A DNA stretch of 64,000 bases. Origin: Candidatus Omnitrophota bacterium (GTDB taxonomy: Bacteria > Omnitrophota > Gorgyraeia > Zapsychrales > Fredricksoniimonadaceae). Every line of letters begins with the position of its first letter. Within the stretch, counting starts at the first letter, position 1. A program made the translations under genes and the position numbers. Below the pieces are notes generated by a model. That model had not been told where the DNA came from. It saw only the letters and a program-made list of their open reading frames with translations, and ran no database searches. Positions 32,893 through 40,439 of this stretch are shown one piece after another. The stretch covers positions 13,503-77,502 of the forward strand of contig JABDCU010000004.1 of the NCBI GenBank assembly GCA_013287965.1, in the 5' to 3' direction.

Positions 32893-33786
32893 TTAATTTC
32901 CTAAGGAATCTGCAATTGAATGTTCAGTGATTACACATTCTCCTGTATCAGCTTTCACTAATACACTGCGGAAGCCTAGGTTCTTGTAGGGATGAGCGGG
33001 GTCCCAAGGAACTGGTGTGCTTTTTGGTTGAGAGCCTGGTGCAGGCAAAGCAAACATCAATGGTGCTGCAGCGTGGTGACCGATATGACCTGTCATATAA
33101 TCATTGAGCTGATGAATATGGCCATAGAAAACCGTCACTTGCTTAAATGGCATCAACATGTCTATAGCCTTCTGACCATCCTTGGTTGACCAGCCCCATT
33201 TAGGATAAAGATCAAACAATGGTCTGTGGGTAAAAACAACAAGATGAGCATTATCACGATCCAACTTGCTTAGATCATTCTGCAACCATTGCAATTGAGC
33301 TTCACCCAAACTTGCTTCTTCCTCGGTAGTATTTAATACAATGATGTGAGCCCCTTTGTGATCAAAGGAATAGTAAACAGCTTTGCCAAAAAATTCCTTG
33401 AAAGCCTCTCCATTATCTTGATCAGCATCATGTTCACCTGGATTGAATCTAACGTCTTTGACCTTAAGCCCTGATAAGATGGTGCGCACTTCAGTCATCC
33501 TTTTGATGCGCTGCTCGGGCGTTTTGGCCCTGTGTGTCAAGTCACCGGTGATGACTACAAAATCCGGTTGAGGGTCTAACTTATTGACTGCATCAACAGC
33601 TTTTTGTAAAGTCCCTGCATAGTCCGGGTTCATCTTTGGATCATTAAACCCCCAATGAATGTCGGATAATTGGACAAATGTAAAATCACTGGGTGTATCT
33701 GTGGCGGCGTCCTGGGCGAAGGCGCCAGTTGACCATACACTTACAGCTAACATCAACATCATTGATAAAATCTTTAAACTTTTCAT
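32893..33786 (-). CDS. secreted metallophosphoesterase (calcineurin-like)
   Basis: Motifs QLSDIHWG, ITGDLTH, GEHD and FTHRP...GHIH. Confidence 0.8.
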   Translation of the reverse strand: MKSLKILSMMLMLAVSVWSTGAFAQDAATDTPSDFTFVQLSDIHWGFNDPKMNPDYAGTLQKAVDAVNKLDPQPDFVVITGDLTHRAKTPEQRIKRMTEVRTILSGLKVKDVRFNPGEHDADQDNGEAFKEFFGKAVYYSFDHKGAHIIVLNTTEEEASLGEAQLQWLQNDLSKLDRDNAHLVVFTHRPLFDLYPKWGWSTKDGQKAIDMLMPFKQVTVFYGHIHQLNDYMTGHIGHHAAAPLMFALPAPGSQPKSTPVPWDPAHPYKNLGFRSVLVKADTGECVITEHSIADSLGN

Positions 33787-33818
33787 TTTTTCTTCTCCTT
33801 ATGTTTACTGTTTGTTGG

Positions 33819-34283
33819 TTATGCTTTTTGAGCAGCATCTTTAATAAAATTAGTGAGATCTTCTAATTGTTCCTTCGCATTTCCCCCATCACTTTTTAGG
33901 ACCTGAAGTTCAAGCAAGGCCGCTTGAATGTAAGCTTCCCCTAAATATTCATGGGCTTCCGGGAAATTCGGACGCAATTCCAAGGCTTTTTTGTAATTGG
34001 CTAAGGACTCATCGAGAAGACCAATCTTGCGTTGAGTGTGGGCCAACATATTCAGAATGTCCGGATTATTGGGATCATTCCTTAAGGCCTGCTCAAAAAG
34101 CGGCAACGCTTTTTGAAAATCATTGGCTTGGCTCGCCGCGACTCCTTGATCATACAAAGAAACTGTCTGTGGGGTGGCTGTCGGGTTACTGGCAGCCATG
34201 GCGTTTGTTGACGTATCATCAGCCATTGCCATCTGCGGCATCAGTAAGACCGCGGTGATTAATAAAAGATTTACGTTTTTCAT
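33819..34283 (-). CDS. secreted TPR-repeat protein
   Basis: Signal peptide plus three TPR-like units (ALPLFEQALRNDPNNPDILNMLA; ANYKKALELRPNFPEAHEYLG). Confidence 0.75.
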   Translation of the reverse strand: MKNVNLLLITAVLLMPQMAMADDTSTNAMAASNPTATPQTVSLYDQGVAASQANDFQKALPLFEQALRNDPNNPDILNMLAHTQRKIGLLDESLANYKKALELRPNFPEAHEYLGEAYIQAALLELQVLKSDGGNAKEQLEDLTNFIKDAAQKA

Positions 34284-34344
34284 CGTCTTCCCTCCTGTAT
34301 GTTAGCACCTGTTAACTTCATCTACAGGGAGTATACGATCTGAA

Positions 34345-34385
34345 AATGACAGGAAGATGACCGCAAGATTACATTTTTGTAATCT
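34345..34385. repeat. 41-nt box, copy 2
   Basis: See 30608..30648. Confidence 0.8.
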
Positions 34386-34410
34386 TGGCCAAACTGCTAT
34401 GGAAAGAATT

Positions 34411-35826
34411 TTAGAGGGATTTTAGAGGGATATTAATGCTGAAAGTAGTACCTTGACTTAAGGCACTCACGACGGAAATGCTCCCACCCATCGATGCAAC
34501 CATGGACTTGACAAAACTTAATCCCAGCCCATGTCCAGGCGTTGAACGGCTGGATTCAACACGATAAAATTTCTCAAATATGCGCGACTGATCCTTTGAG
34601 GCGATACCGATTCCGGTATCTTTAACCAGGATAATTGCTTCGTTGGGAGTTTCTTTAATTTCAAGACAAATGCTTCCCTTAGAATTAGTAAATTTGATGG
34701 CATTATCCAAAAGATTAGCAATAATTCTTTGCAAACGTGCCGCATTGGCCAAGACAATAACTGGATGCGATGGAGATTTAATTTCAAAATTGATCTCTTT
34801 ATCTTGGGCTAAGGCCAAAAATATTTCATAAGCTTGGTTTGCCAAAGACACAATATCCACAGAAGTCTCTTCAGGTTTCTTTAGGCCCGCATCAACCTCC
34901 GCAATTTCCAGCATGGTATTGATCATGCCATTAAGCCTATCGCATTCTTCTACGATGATCCCAATGGATTCCTGATAACCTTCTACATCCTTCTCCCTCA
35001 AGGTTGATTCCGCAAGGCCCCGGATGCGGGTCAAAGGCGTGCGCAAATCATGGGCAATATTATTGGTAACATCCTTTAATCCCATCATCAATTGCTCGAT
35101 GCGATCCAACATATGATTAAAAGTTTCTGCCAAATCCTCGATCTCTTCTCCCTCATGCCCCAACTCAACTCTATGATCAATGCCATCTTGACCAATATTA
35201 CGGGCCGTCGTCGTGACACGTTTTACACCCTTCATCGCTTTTTGCGCTTCTATCCAACTCAAAATAATACCGCACAATAGCAAAAAAATGACTGCCCCTA
35301 AAAATACCTTGCTGTAAACCTTGGCTAATTCCTCTTCATCCTTCATGGGTTTACCAATTTGTACAACATACTTCCCATCATCAACCACCTGTGAAAGGAT
35401 TCGTATATTATATGGCCTGTCGTTAGGAGAAAGTGTGTGGTAGTTGGTCTGGCCCCCTGCCGCCATCGATGCCCATTGGCTTAATACCGGAAAATTTAAA
35501 CAGGGCCATTTAAGAGGGTCTGAAGTCACAACAATATTTAAGTTGGAGGTCAATAATCTATAAAACACTCTGTTAATCCCTTCTTCCTCAATCCCTACAC
35601 GTATATCCGATTTGACTTGGGTCAATCCTTCCTTATGGAACTCTTGATCAACCTTGTTTGTAGCAGCCAATAAATCACGATCAACAAGGTGCACAAGGTC
35701 AGACGCCAATATTTTATAACTGATAAAGAAAATAATAATTAATGAGATGATAAACAGGATGGCGTACCAGAGAGTGAGGCGAAAAGCAAAAGTGCCGAAG
35801 AGGCTATTCTTTTTCTTCAATGACAT
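34411..35826 (-). CDS. sensor histidine kinase (2 TM, HAMP, HisKA, HATPase_c)
   Basis: H-box NIAHDLRTPLT, N-box LLDNAIKFT, G1 DTGIGI and G2 GHGLGLS. The start is placed at MSLKKK. The ORF track extends to 35877. Confidence 0.85.
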   Translation of the reverse strand: MSLKKKNSLFGTFAFRLTLWYAILFIISLIIIFFISYKILASDLVHLVDRDLLAATNKVDQEFHKEGLTQVKSDIRVGIEEEGINRVFYRLLTSNLNIVVTSDPLKWPCLNFPVLSQWASMAAGGQTNYHTLSPNDRPYNIRILSQVVDDGKYVVQIGKPMKDEEELAKVYSKVFLGAVIFLLLCGIILSWIEAQKAMKGVKRVTTTARNIGQDGIDHRVELGHEGEEIEDLAETFNHMLDRIEQLMMGLKDVTNNIAHDLRTPLTRIRGLAESTLREKDVEGYQESIGIIVEECDRLNGMINTMLEIAEVDAGLKKPEETSVDIVSLANQAYEIFLALAQDKEINFEIKSPSHPVIVLANAARLQRIIANLLDNAIKFTNSKGSICLEIKETPNEAIILVKDTGIGIASKDQSRIFEKFYRVESSRSTPGHGLGLSFVKSMVASMGGSISVVSALSQGTTFSINIPLKSL

Positions 35827-36481
35827 AACCAAAGCCCCTGACCGTATGAAGTAATTTTGGATTAAATGAACGATCAATTTTATCTCTTAAGCGACAGATG
35901 CGCGCTTCAATAATATTGGTTTGCGGATCAAAATTATAGTCCCAGACGTGCTCCATGATCATGGTCTTTGAAACGACCCTGCCGGCGTTACGCATAAGGT
36001 ATTCAAGAAGGACAAATTCACCCGACTGTAGGATTATTTCTTTTGTCCCCCGGAAAACTTTACGGCCTAACATATCTATCTTGAGATCAGCTATTTCTAA
36101 TGTGGTAGTCTCTGGATTATGGCTGGTCCTGCGAATAATTGCCTGGACCCTGGCTAAAAGTTCTGTGAACGCGAAGGGTTTAACCAGGTAATCGTCCCCT
36201 CCTGCCTGTAACCCTTTGACCCTGTCATCAACGGTATTCTTGGCGCTTAATACTATGACAGGGGTTAGAATTTTCTTTTGACGCAATCGGTTGATCAAAC
36301 TTAAACCATCAAGTTTAGGCATCATAATATCTACAATGGCCAGATCGTAGTCTTCTTCTTTAGCAAAATGCAGACCATCTTCACCATTATCAGCACGATT
36401 TACGGTGTATCCAGCTTGCTTTAAGCCTTTAACGATAAACGATGCTATCTGGTCATCATCTTCAACTAATAGTATTTTCAT
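35804..36481 (-). CDS. OmpR-family response regulator
   Basis: Receiver domain (MKILLVEDDD, DLAIVDIMMPKLDG, KPF) plus a winged-helix domain (LLEYLMRNAGRVVSK...VRGFGYV). The start is placed at 36481. The ORF track extends to 36559. Confidence 0.85.
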   Translation of the reverse strand: MKILLVEDDDQIASFIVKGLKQAGYTVNRADNGEDGLHFAKEEDYDLAIVDIMMPKLDGLSLINRLRQKKILTPVIVLSAKNTVDDRVKGLQAGGDDYLVKPFAFTELLARVQAIIRRTSHNPETTTLEIADLKIDMLGRKVFRGTKEIILQSGEFVLLEYLMRNAGRVVSKTMIMEHVWDYNFDPQTNIIEARICRLRDKIDRSFNPKLLHTVRGFGYVIEEKE

Positions 36482-36654
36482 ACTCTCCGTGACCTTGTAC
36501 TCCTTTAGGTCGTAAATAGTCCAGTAAGATTCTTTACTCGCGAAGTTTACCACTCTCAATCTGAAAAAGCAAATTCAATAATATTCAGAGATTCAGAGGT
36601 TCAAATGCAGGAGCTGCTATTGCGGTTTATAGGAAGGTTGTAAATTACTAAATA

Positions 36655-36687
36655 ATAACTGCCCGTATTTTGATTACGGGCAGTTAT
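36655..36687 (-). terminator. 13-bp perfect-stem hairpin ending the Ubl/E1 operon
   Basis: ATAACTGCCCGTA-ttttgat-TACGGGCAGTTAT lies 24 nt after the last stop codon. The tail on the minus strand is only moderately T-rich. Confidence 0.5.
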
Positions 36688-36710
36688 ATTAAAATTGATT
36701 CCTTATGATT

Positions 36711-36917
36711 CTATGAATTCTTTCGCAGATCACTGAGGGAATCTTTTCCGGTCTTCTTTAATACATTCTCAAGCTTTGCATCGCTACGGACGCCAGACAG
36801 AAAATCTGGCCCATAAGTATGCCTAAGAGTTCCAACTAAGGTGTTGCCATTCTTCCGACGGATTTCTCCGTCTTCATCACGGCTACGGCCATCAAGGCCC
36901 CTTGAATGTTTATTCAT
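36711..36917 (-). CDS. small basic hypothetical protein, last gene of the Ubl/E1 operon
   Basis: 68-aa ORF rich in R/K/D/G. No motif recognised. It is co-directional with the operon and lies upstream of the hairpin. Confidence 0.45.
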   Translation of the reverse strand: MNKHSRGLDGRSRDEDGEIRRKNGNTLVGTLRHTYGPDFLSGVRSDAKLENVLKKTGKDSLSDLRKNS

Positions 36918-36978
36918 TTCTTTATACCTCCTTCCTTTTAGACTTATAGCATTGATTTAAAAGCATAGACTCTGTTTT

Positions 36979-37335
36979 TTATTTTTCACTTTTGCTTTTA
37001 TTTTTGTAATATTCCTTTTTAATCAATTCATCACACTTTCTAGCCCGCTCAATTTGACTTTTAGTCCAATTAGGTGCCCTCTGTACCCTGCTGTTTGTAA
37101 TAAAATAATGTGATTGGCACTTAAAACTCCAATTCCCAATCGAAGGATATAAAGACACAGTCTCCCCGTCATAAATCAACTTCCAATCAGTCGGGGAGAG
37201 CGGCGTCACAACTTCTTCCCCACAGCCACAACAGCATTTATGAATTACTGTTGAATATTCGATGGAAATATACAAAACGCCATCTTCCAATTTGTCCGGG
37301 GCATGCTTTATAAATTTGTGCGTCAATTTAATCAT
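36979..37335 (-). CDS. Cys-rich small protein resembling DUF6527 (putative Zn-binding partner of prokaryotic E1/Ubl systems)
   Basis: 118 aa with a HKCCCGCGEE cluster and a distal KCQSHYFI (C/H ligand pattern). 8-nt overlap with the E1 gene. Confidence 0.65.
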   Translation of the reverse strand: MIKLTHKFIKHAPDKLEDGVLYISIEYSTVIHKCCCGCGEEVVTPLSPTDWKLIYDGETVSLYPSIGNWSFKCQSHYFITNSRVQRAPNWTKSQIERARKCDELIKKEYYKNKSKSEK

Positions 37336-38494
37336 TTATCACTTTATTTACATTGGTTTCATAAATCGAATGACTCTCTGCTGTGAGGTCATGATAAAAA
37401 TTAAAATATTTTTTCCACTTAATAACAGCTATAGCCGCATTTAATGCATTCAACTCGACTATTTGAATATTCTTATTGTATTCATTTTCCCCTTCATCAG
37501 TGAATGGTATTCTTAACTCAATGTGATCATTCTTTTCTTTAGTGACCAGTGTCGTGCGCACACTCCCACTTACCTTCCCATTCTCAAGGTTAACACCCAT
37601 ACCTACATCAATGAAAGGAATCAATAGCCCAGTAAGTTTCTGAACAATTAACTTCCTTGCATCCCCTTTATCAATGCAAATAAAGACAAAATCCATCGAT
37701 AGAAGCTCGTCGAATACCGCAGGTGTTACATAACAATCATGGGGTACAACATGCTTATGAATATTGGAGTACATATCGCTATAATAATTGACCTTCTTTA
37801 GCATCTGCCTCAATGTTTCAACCGAAGCGGCGGCAGGAGCCCGAAATGCGTTCTTTGAAACAAAAATGTCACCATCAAAAAGGTGAATTTCTTTAACCGG
37901 CGTTTTAGCAATAAAGTCAAGAATATAGGAACCTGCGCCCCCTAACCCTATAATGACGACCTTTAAGTCCCTTAATTCTTTAGTAACGACCTCAAGTTCA
38001 ATACAACTTGGACTTGGATTTAAATATTTAAAGACAACATCTTGCTCTTTAGACTCGATCACCTTACCTGTCCTCGCGGTAACAACTGGATTCAATGCCT
38101 GCGCCTGGGACTCCAGATGCGAAACGTAAGTTTCAATTTTTTCAAAATAATCCGGGTAATTGCCGCTGGGTGGTTTTGCCGAAAAATAATGGTCAGCTAC
38201 TACCCCATAGCCCAGATCCTTTTTTACGCTGTTGTTAACTATTGCATTAAGGATGGATCCATCTTTATCACATGGAGAGTCGCCCTTAAAGTATATGGTA
38301 TGGTCAGCCGGACCAAGGAGCTGCTCCCCAGAAATATTTAAAAGACATACCAAAGTTCCGGGGCTAATCTCTTTATTAGTATTAACGTACGGCACGTTAT
38401 ATACAAGCAAGATAGTGCCTTTAATTTCTATTTCATAGCCCTCAGCACGCAGCCTTTGAAGGTCCGGGCTAAGACTTATCAGTTTTTCTGACAT
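37328..38494 (-). CDS. ThiF/E1-like adenylyltransferase with an unassigned ~170-aa N-terminal domain
   Basis: The C-terminal half has the Rossmann motif VVIIGLGGAGSYILDF, an NLxRQ-equivalent SKNAFRAP, and FVFICIDKGDARKLI...IDVGMG. The N-terminal half has no motif I can name and one notable Cys (GDSPCDKDG). Confidence 0.8.
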   Translation of the reverse strand: MSEKLISLSPDLQRLRAEGYEIEIKGTILLVYNVPYVNTNKEISPGTLVCLLNISGEQLLGPADHTIYFKGDSPCDKDGSILNAIVNNSVKKDLGYGVVADHYFSAKPPSGNYPDYFEKIETYVSHLESQAQALNPVVTARTGKVIESKEQDVVFKYLNPSPSCIELEVVTKELRDLKVVIIGLGGAGSYILDFIAKTPVKEIHLFDGDIFVSKNAFRAPAAASVETLRQMLKKVNYYSDMYSNIHKHVVPHDCYVTPAVFDELLSMDFVFICIDKGDARKLIVQKLTGLLIPFIDVGMGVNLENGKVSGSVRTTLVTKEKNDHIELRIPFTDEGENEYNKNIQIVELNALNAAIAVIKWKKYFNFYHDLTAESHSIYETNVNKVIND

Positions 38495-38747
38495 TGAAAA
38501 TCATCCCTTCCTTGACTTTGACGCTTTGGCCCTTGGTCAAAGACCCTTCATGTTTCGGATCATGGCCTTTTATATATGTTACAGAGTATAGAACGTTTGG
38601 ATTATCCACATATGTGCTGAAAGCAAGTATGATAACTTCTTCGTATGTGATTTCCTTTTTGTCCCAGGCCTTGATACGTGTGTTAACGATGATCTCAACT
38701 TGCTGATGATGCTCTTCGTGGTGGTGTTCATGTTTTTCATGGTTCAT
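38469..38747 (-). CDS. ubiquitin-like beta-grasp protein of the multiubiquitin type, with a His-rich N-terminal tail
   Basis: The start is set at MNHEKHE, preceded by AGGAGG 6 nt upstream. The ORF track starts at 38774. The tail reads HEKHEHHHEEHH. The body, VEIIVN...KEITYEEVIILAF...YSVTYIKG...EGSLTKGQSVKVKEGMIFNV..TDKS, resembles Multiubiquitin-family sequences as I remember them. Confidence 0.65.
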   Translation of the reverse strand: MNHEKHEHHHEEHHQQVEIIVNTRIKAWDKKEITYEEVIILAFSTYVDNPNVLYSVTYIKGHDPKHEGSLTKGQSVKVKEGMIFNVRKTDKS

Positions 38748-38765
38748 ACTTACCTCCTGGGTTAT

Positions 38766-38784
38766 TTTACGCAACTTGCGTAAA
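38766..38784. promoter_or_regulatory. perfect 9-1-9 palindrome TTTACGCAA-c-TTGCGTAAA just upstream of the Ubl RBS
   Basis: Read directly from the sequence. A 1-nt centre rules out an RNA hairpin loop, which favours a dimeric HTH operator. GCGTAA/GCGTAT half-sites recur at 39902..39916, upstream of the XRE gene. Confidence 0.45.
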
Positions 38785-38801
38785 TTGTGATTAAAAAAAT
38801 A

Positions 38802-39527
38802 TCAATGCCATTCTCTCCGACGGGGATCTTCATAACTATTAATCCCATCATGTTCGAGCACAAAATCATCTCCTGGCAAAATCAAAAGTCCTAACGTTTT
38901 CAACCTTAATTCAGCAGACTGCCTGGAAACATCGAAACAGGACACTAAATCCTGTAGCAATGCATTTTGGTTATGTGATTTTGACCTAAACTGTCTGACC
39001 TTTTCTTTAAAAATTGAAACTGGCATTAAGAGCGCCGCCGATCCTCTATTGGCCTGCCATTCAATAAAATCTCTTGTGTTCTGTGATGGAGCAACCGTAC
39101 TTTCCATAAAATGATTTTCAAAACATCTTAATGTGCGATCATCGCCGGCATTACGAAAAAGTTGGCCGTGAAATAAAGAATGAAAAATCTCATGCGCACA
39201 GGTAAAACGAAACCGACCTTTAAATGCCGGTGTATTTCTTTGATGATAAAGAATGGCATTGATCTGAATTAATTTGGATCCATCAGGATTGAACATTGTC
39301 GCACCTAAAATAAACCTTGAAAGTTGGGCCTGGGAATCGAATCCAATATCTTCCTGAGTCAGCGCCTCATCGACGAATCGATCAAGATCAATGGCGGGAT
39401 GAATCATGTTGCAGGCGCCTTTATAAAACTTTAGGTACCTCTCTTCCATGATATCATCGATATCAGCCCCCGAACAAACTAGCCGACATCCATAAGGACT
39501 TTCCTTGTCATCAACCCACTGCATCAT
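38802..39527 (-). CDS. ImmA/IrrE-family (COG2856) zinc metallopeptidase
   Basis: HEXXH motif in CAHEIFHSLFH. The downstream EWQANRGSAALLMP is the typical ImmA/IrrE third-ligand region. Confidence 0.8.
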   Translation of the reverse strand: MMQWVDDKESPYGCRLVCSGADIDDIMEERYLKFYKGACNMIHPAIDLDRFVDEALTQEDIGFDSQAQLSRFILGATMFNPDGSKLIQINAILYHQRNTPAFKGRFRFTCAHEIFHSLFHGQLFRNAGDDRTLRCFENHFMESTVAPSQNTRDFIEWQANRGSAALLMPVSIFKEKVRQFRSKSHNQNALLQDLVSCFDVSRQSAELRLKTLGLLILPGDDFVLEHDGINSYEDPRRREWH

Positions 39528-39892
39528 TTCTTTCCATTTCCTTTTTCAAGTTCTTTATTTAATTTCTGGATAATATCAGAATCTTCAGGTAACTCAGCGA
39601 GACGACGATAAAGAAGCGCCATCTCTGGCTTTTTACTTACGGTTTCTTCAATCAGCGGATCAACCTTTCCCGCCAAATTAAGCAAATCTTGAGAGTCAAG
39701 CTCTAGCTTTTTAGCAAGCTGAACAATGATTTTCCCTCCAGGAGGGTTACGATAACCTTGTTCAATATCATTGAGATACGATACTGAAATTGACTTAAGG
39801 TCATCATTCTTTACTGCATCGCATACTTTTTTTAAACTTAGATTCAGGTGAAGACGCTTGTTCTTGATTTTCTTTCCAAATTCATTTTGCAT
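39524..39892 (-). CDS. XRE-family helix-turn-helix regulator
   Basis: The pattern FGKKIKNKRLHLNLSLKKVCDAV...ISVSYLNDIEQGYRNP fits HTH_3. 4-nt overlap with the ImmA gene. No Shine-Dalgarno sequence, and a TATAAA lies 3 nt before the ATG, so the transcript may be leaderless. Confidence 0.8.
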   Translation of the reverse strand: MQNEFGKKIKNKRLHLNLSLKKVCDAVKNDDLKSISVSYLNDIEQGYRNPPGGKIIVQLAKKLELDSQDLLNLAGKVDPLIEETVSKKPEMALLYRRLAELPEDSDIIQKLNKELEKGNGKK

Positions 39893-40016
39893 ACTTTATA
39901 AGCGTATAGCGTAATCCTCTACTTGTCAAATTAATTTTACCTATTTAATTTACAATGCCCCCTTCCAAATCATTCGTCGATGAATTCAAGTTAGAAAATA
40001 ATACTCCTGCCGAGAT

Positions 40017-40277
40017 TTATTCCTGATCGGCTTCTTTATTTTCTTCCGTTAACTCGATCCTAACTCGTCTGCGATTATGCTTACTATCAGGGACACCCAA
40101 TAATTCTATTAATTCCAAACACAATTGGACAAATGCCTCTTGTTCCGCGAACTCACCTCCCTTTTCTTCAACAACATAACTTTTTGTGACCTCTATTTCT
40201 TTTCTGTCAGCACCTTCCATATAGTCTGGGTAAAATATAATAAAACCGTTGTCTGCCTGCTCTATCGTTATTTTCAT
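40017..40277 (-). CDS. small acidic hypothetical protein
   Basis: 86-aa ORF with no recognisable motif. Confidence 0.4.
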   Translation of the reverse strand: MKITIEQADNGFIIFYPDYMEGADRKEIEVTKSYVVEEKGGEFAEQEAFVQLCLELIELLGVPDSKHNRRRVRIELTEENKEADQE

Positions 40278-40344
40278 TTAGTTCCTTTCCCAGGGCCCAT
40301 CCTGTGGCCAATTGGCTAAAATTTGTTTAATTATGGTGTTAGAA

Positions 40345-40439
40345 TTATGTGGTGTATAATTAAAAAATTACTATAGAGTAAATTGAAAGAAAAATCTATG
40401 CAACATAATCAACAACGCCACATAATACGTCTTATGTGG
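40345..40439. repeat. right terminal motif array: TTATGTGG (40345), CAACATAA (40401), CCACATAA (40418), TTATGTGG (40432)
   Basis: Mirror image of 14978..15060. In addition, 40418..40439 is a perfect 8-6-8 inverted repeat: CCACATAA-tacgtc-TTATGTGG. Confidence 0.7.

Larger units (their letters stand above)
14978..40439. mobile_element. putative ~25.4 kb integrative island bounded by mirror-image TTATGTGG/CCACATAA arrays, with the RIT recombinase trio at the left end
   Basis: The end arrays at 14978..15060 and 40345..40439 have matching internal spacing (17 nt; 75 vs 73 nt) in inverted orientation. Three tyrosine recombinase genes sit directly inside the left end. Cargo is accessory-type, and composition looks AT-richer by eye than the flanks (not computed). 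Confidence 0.45.
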
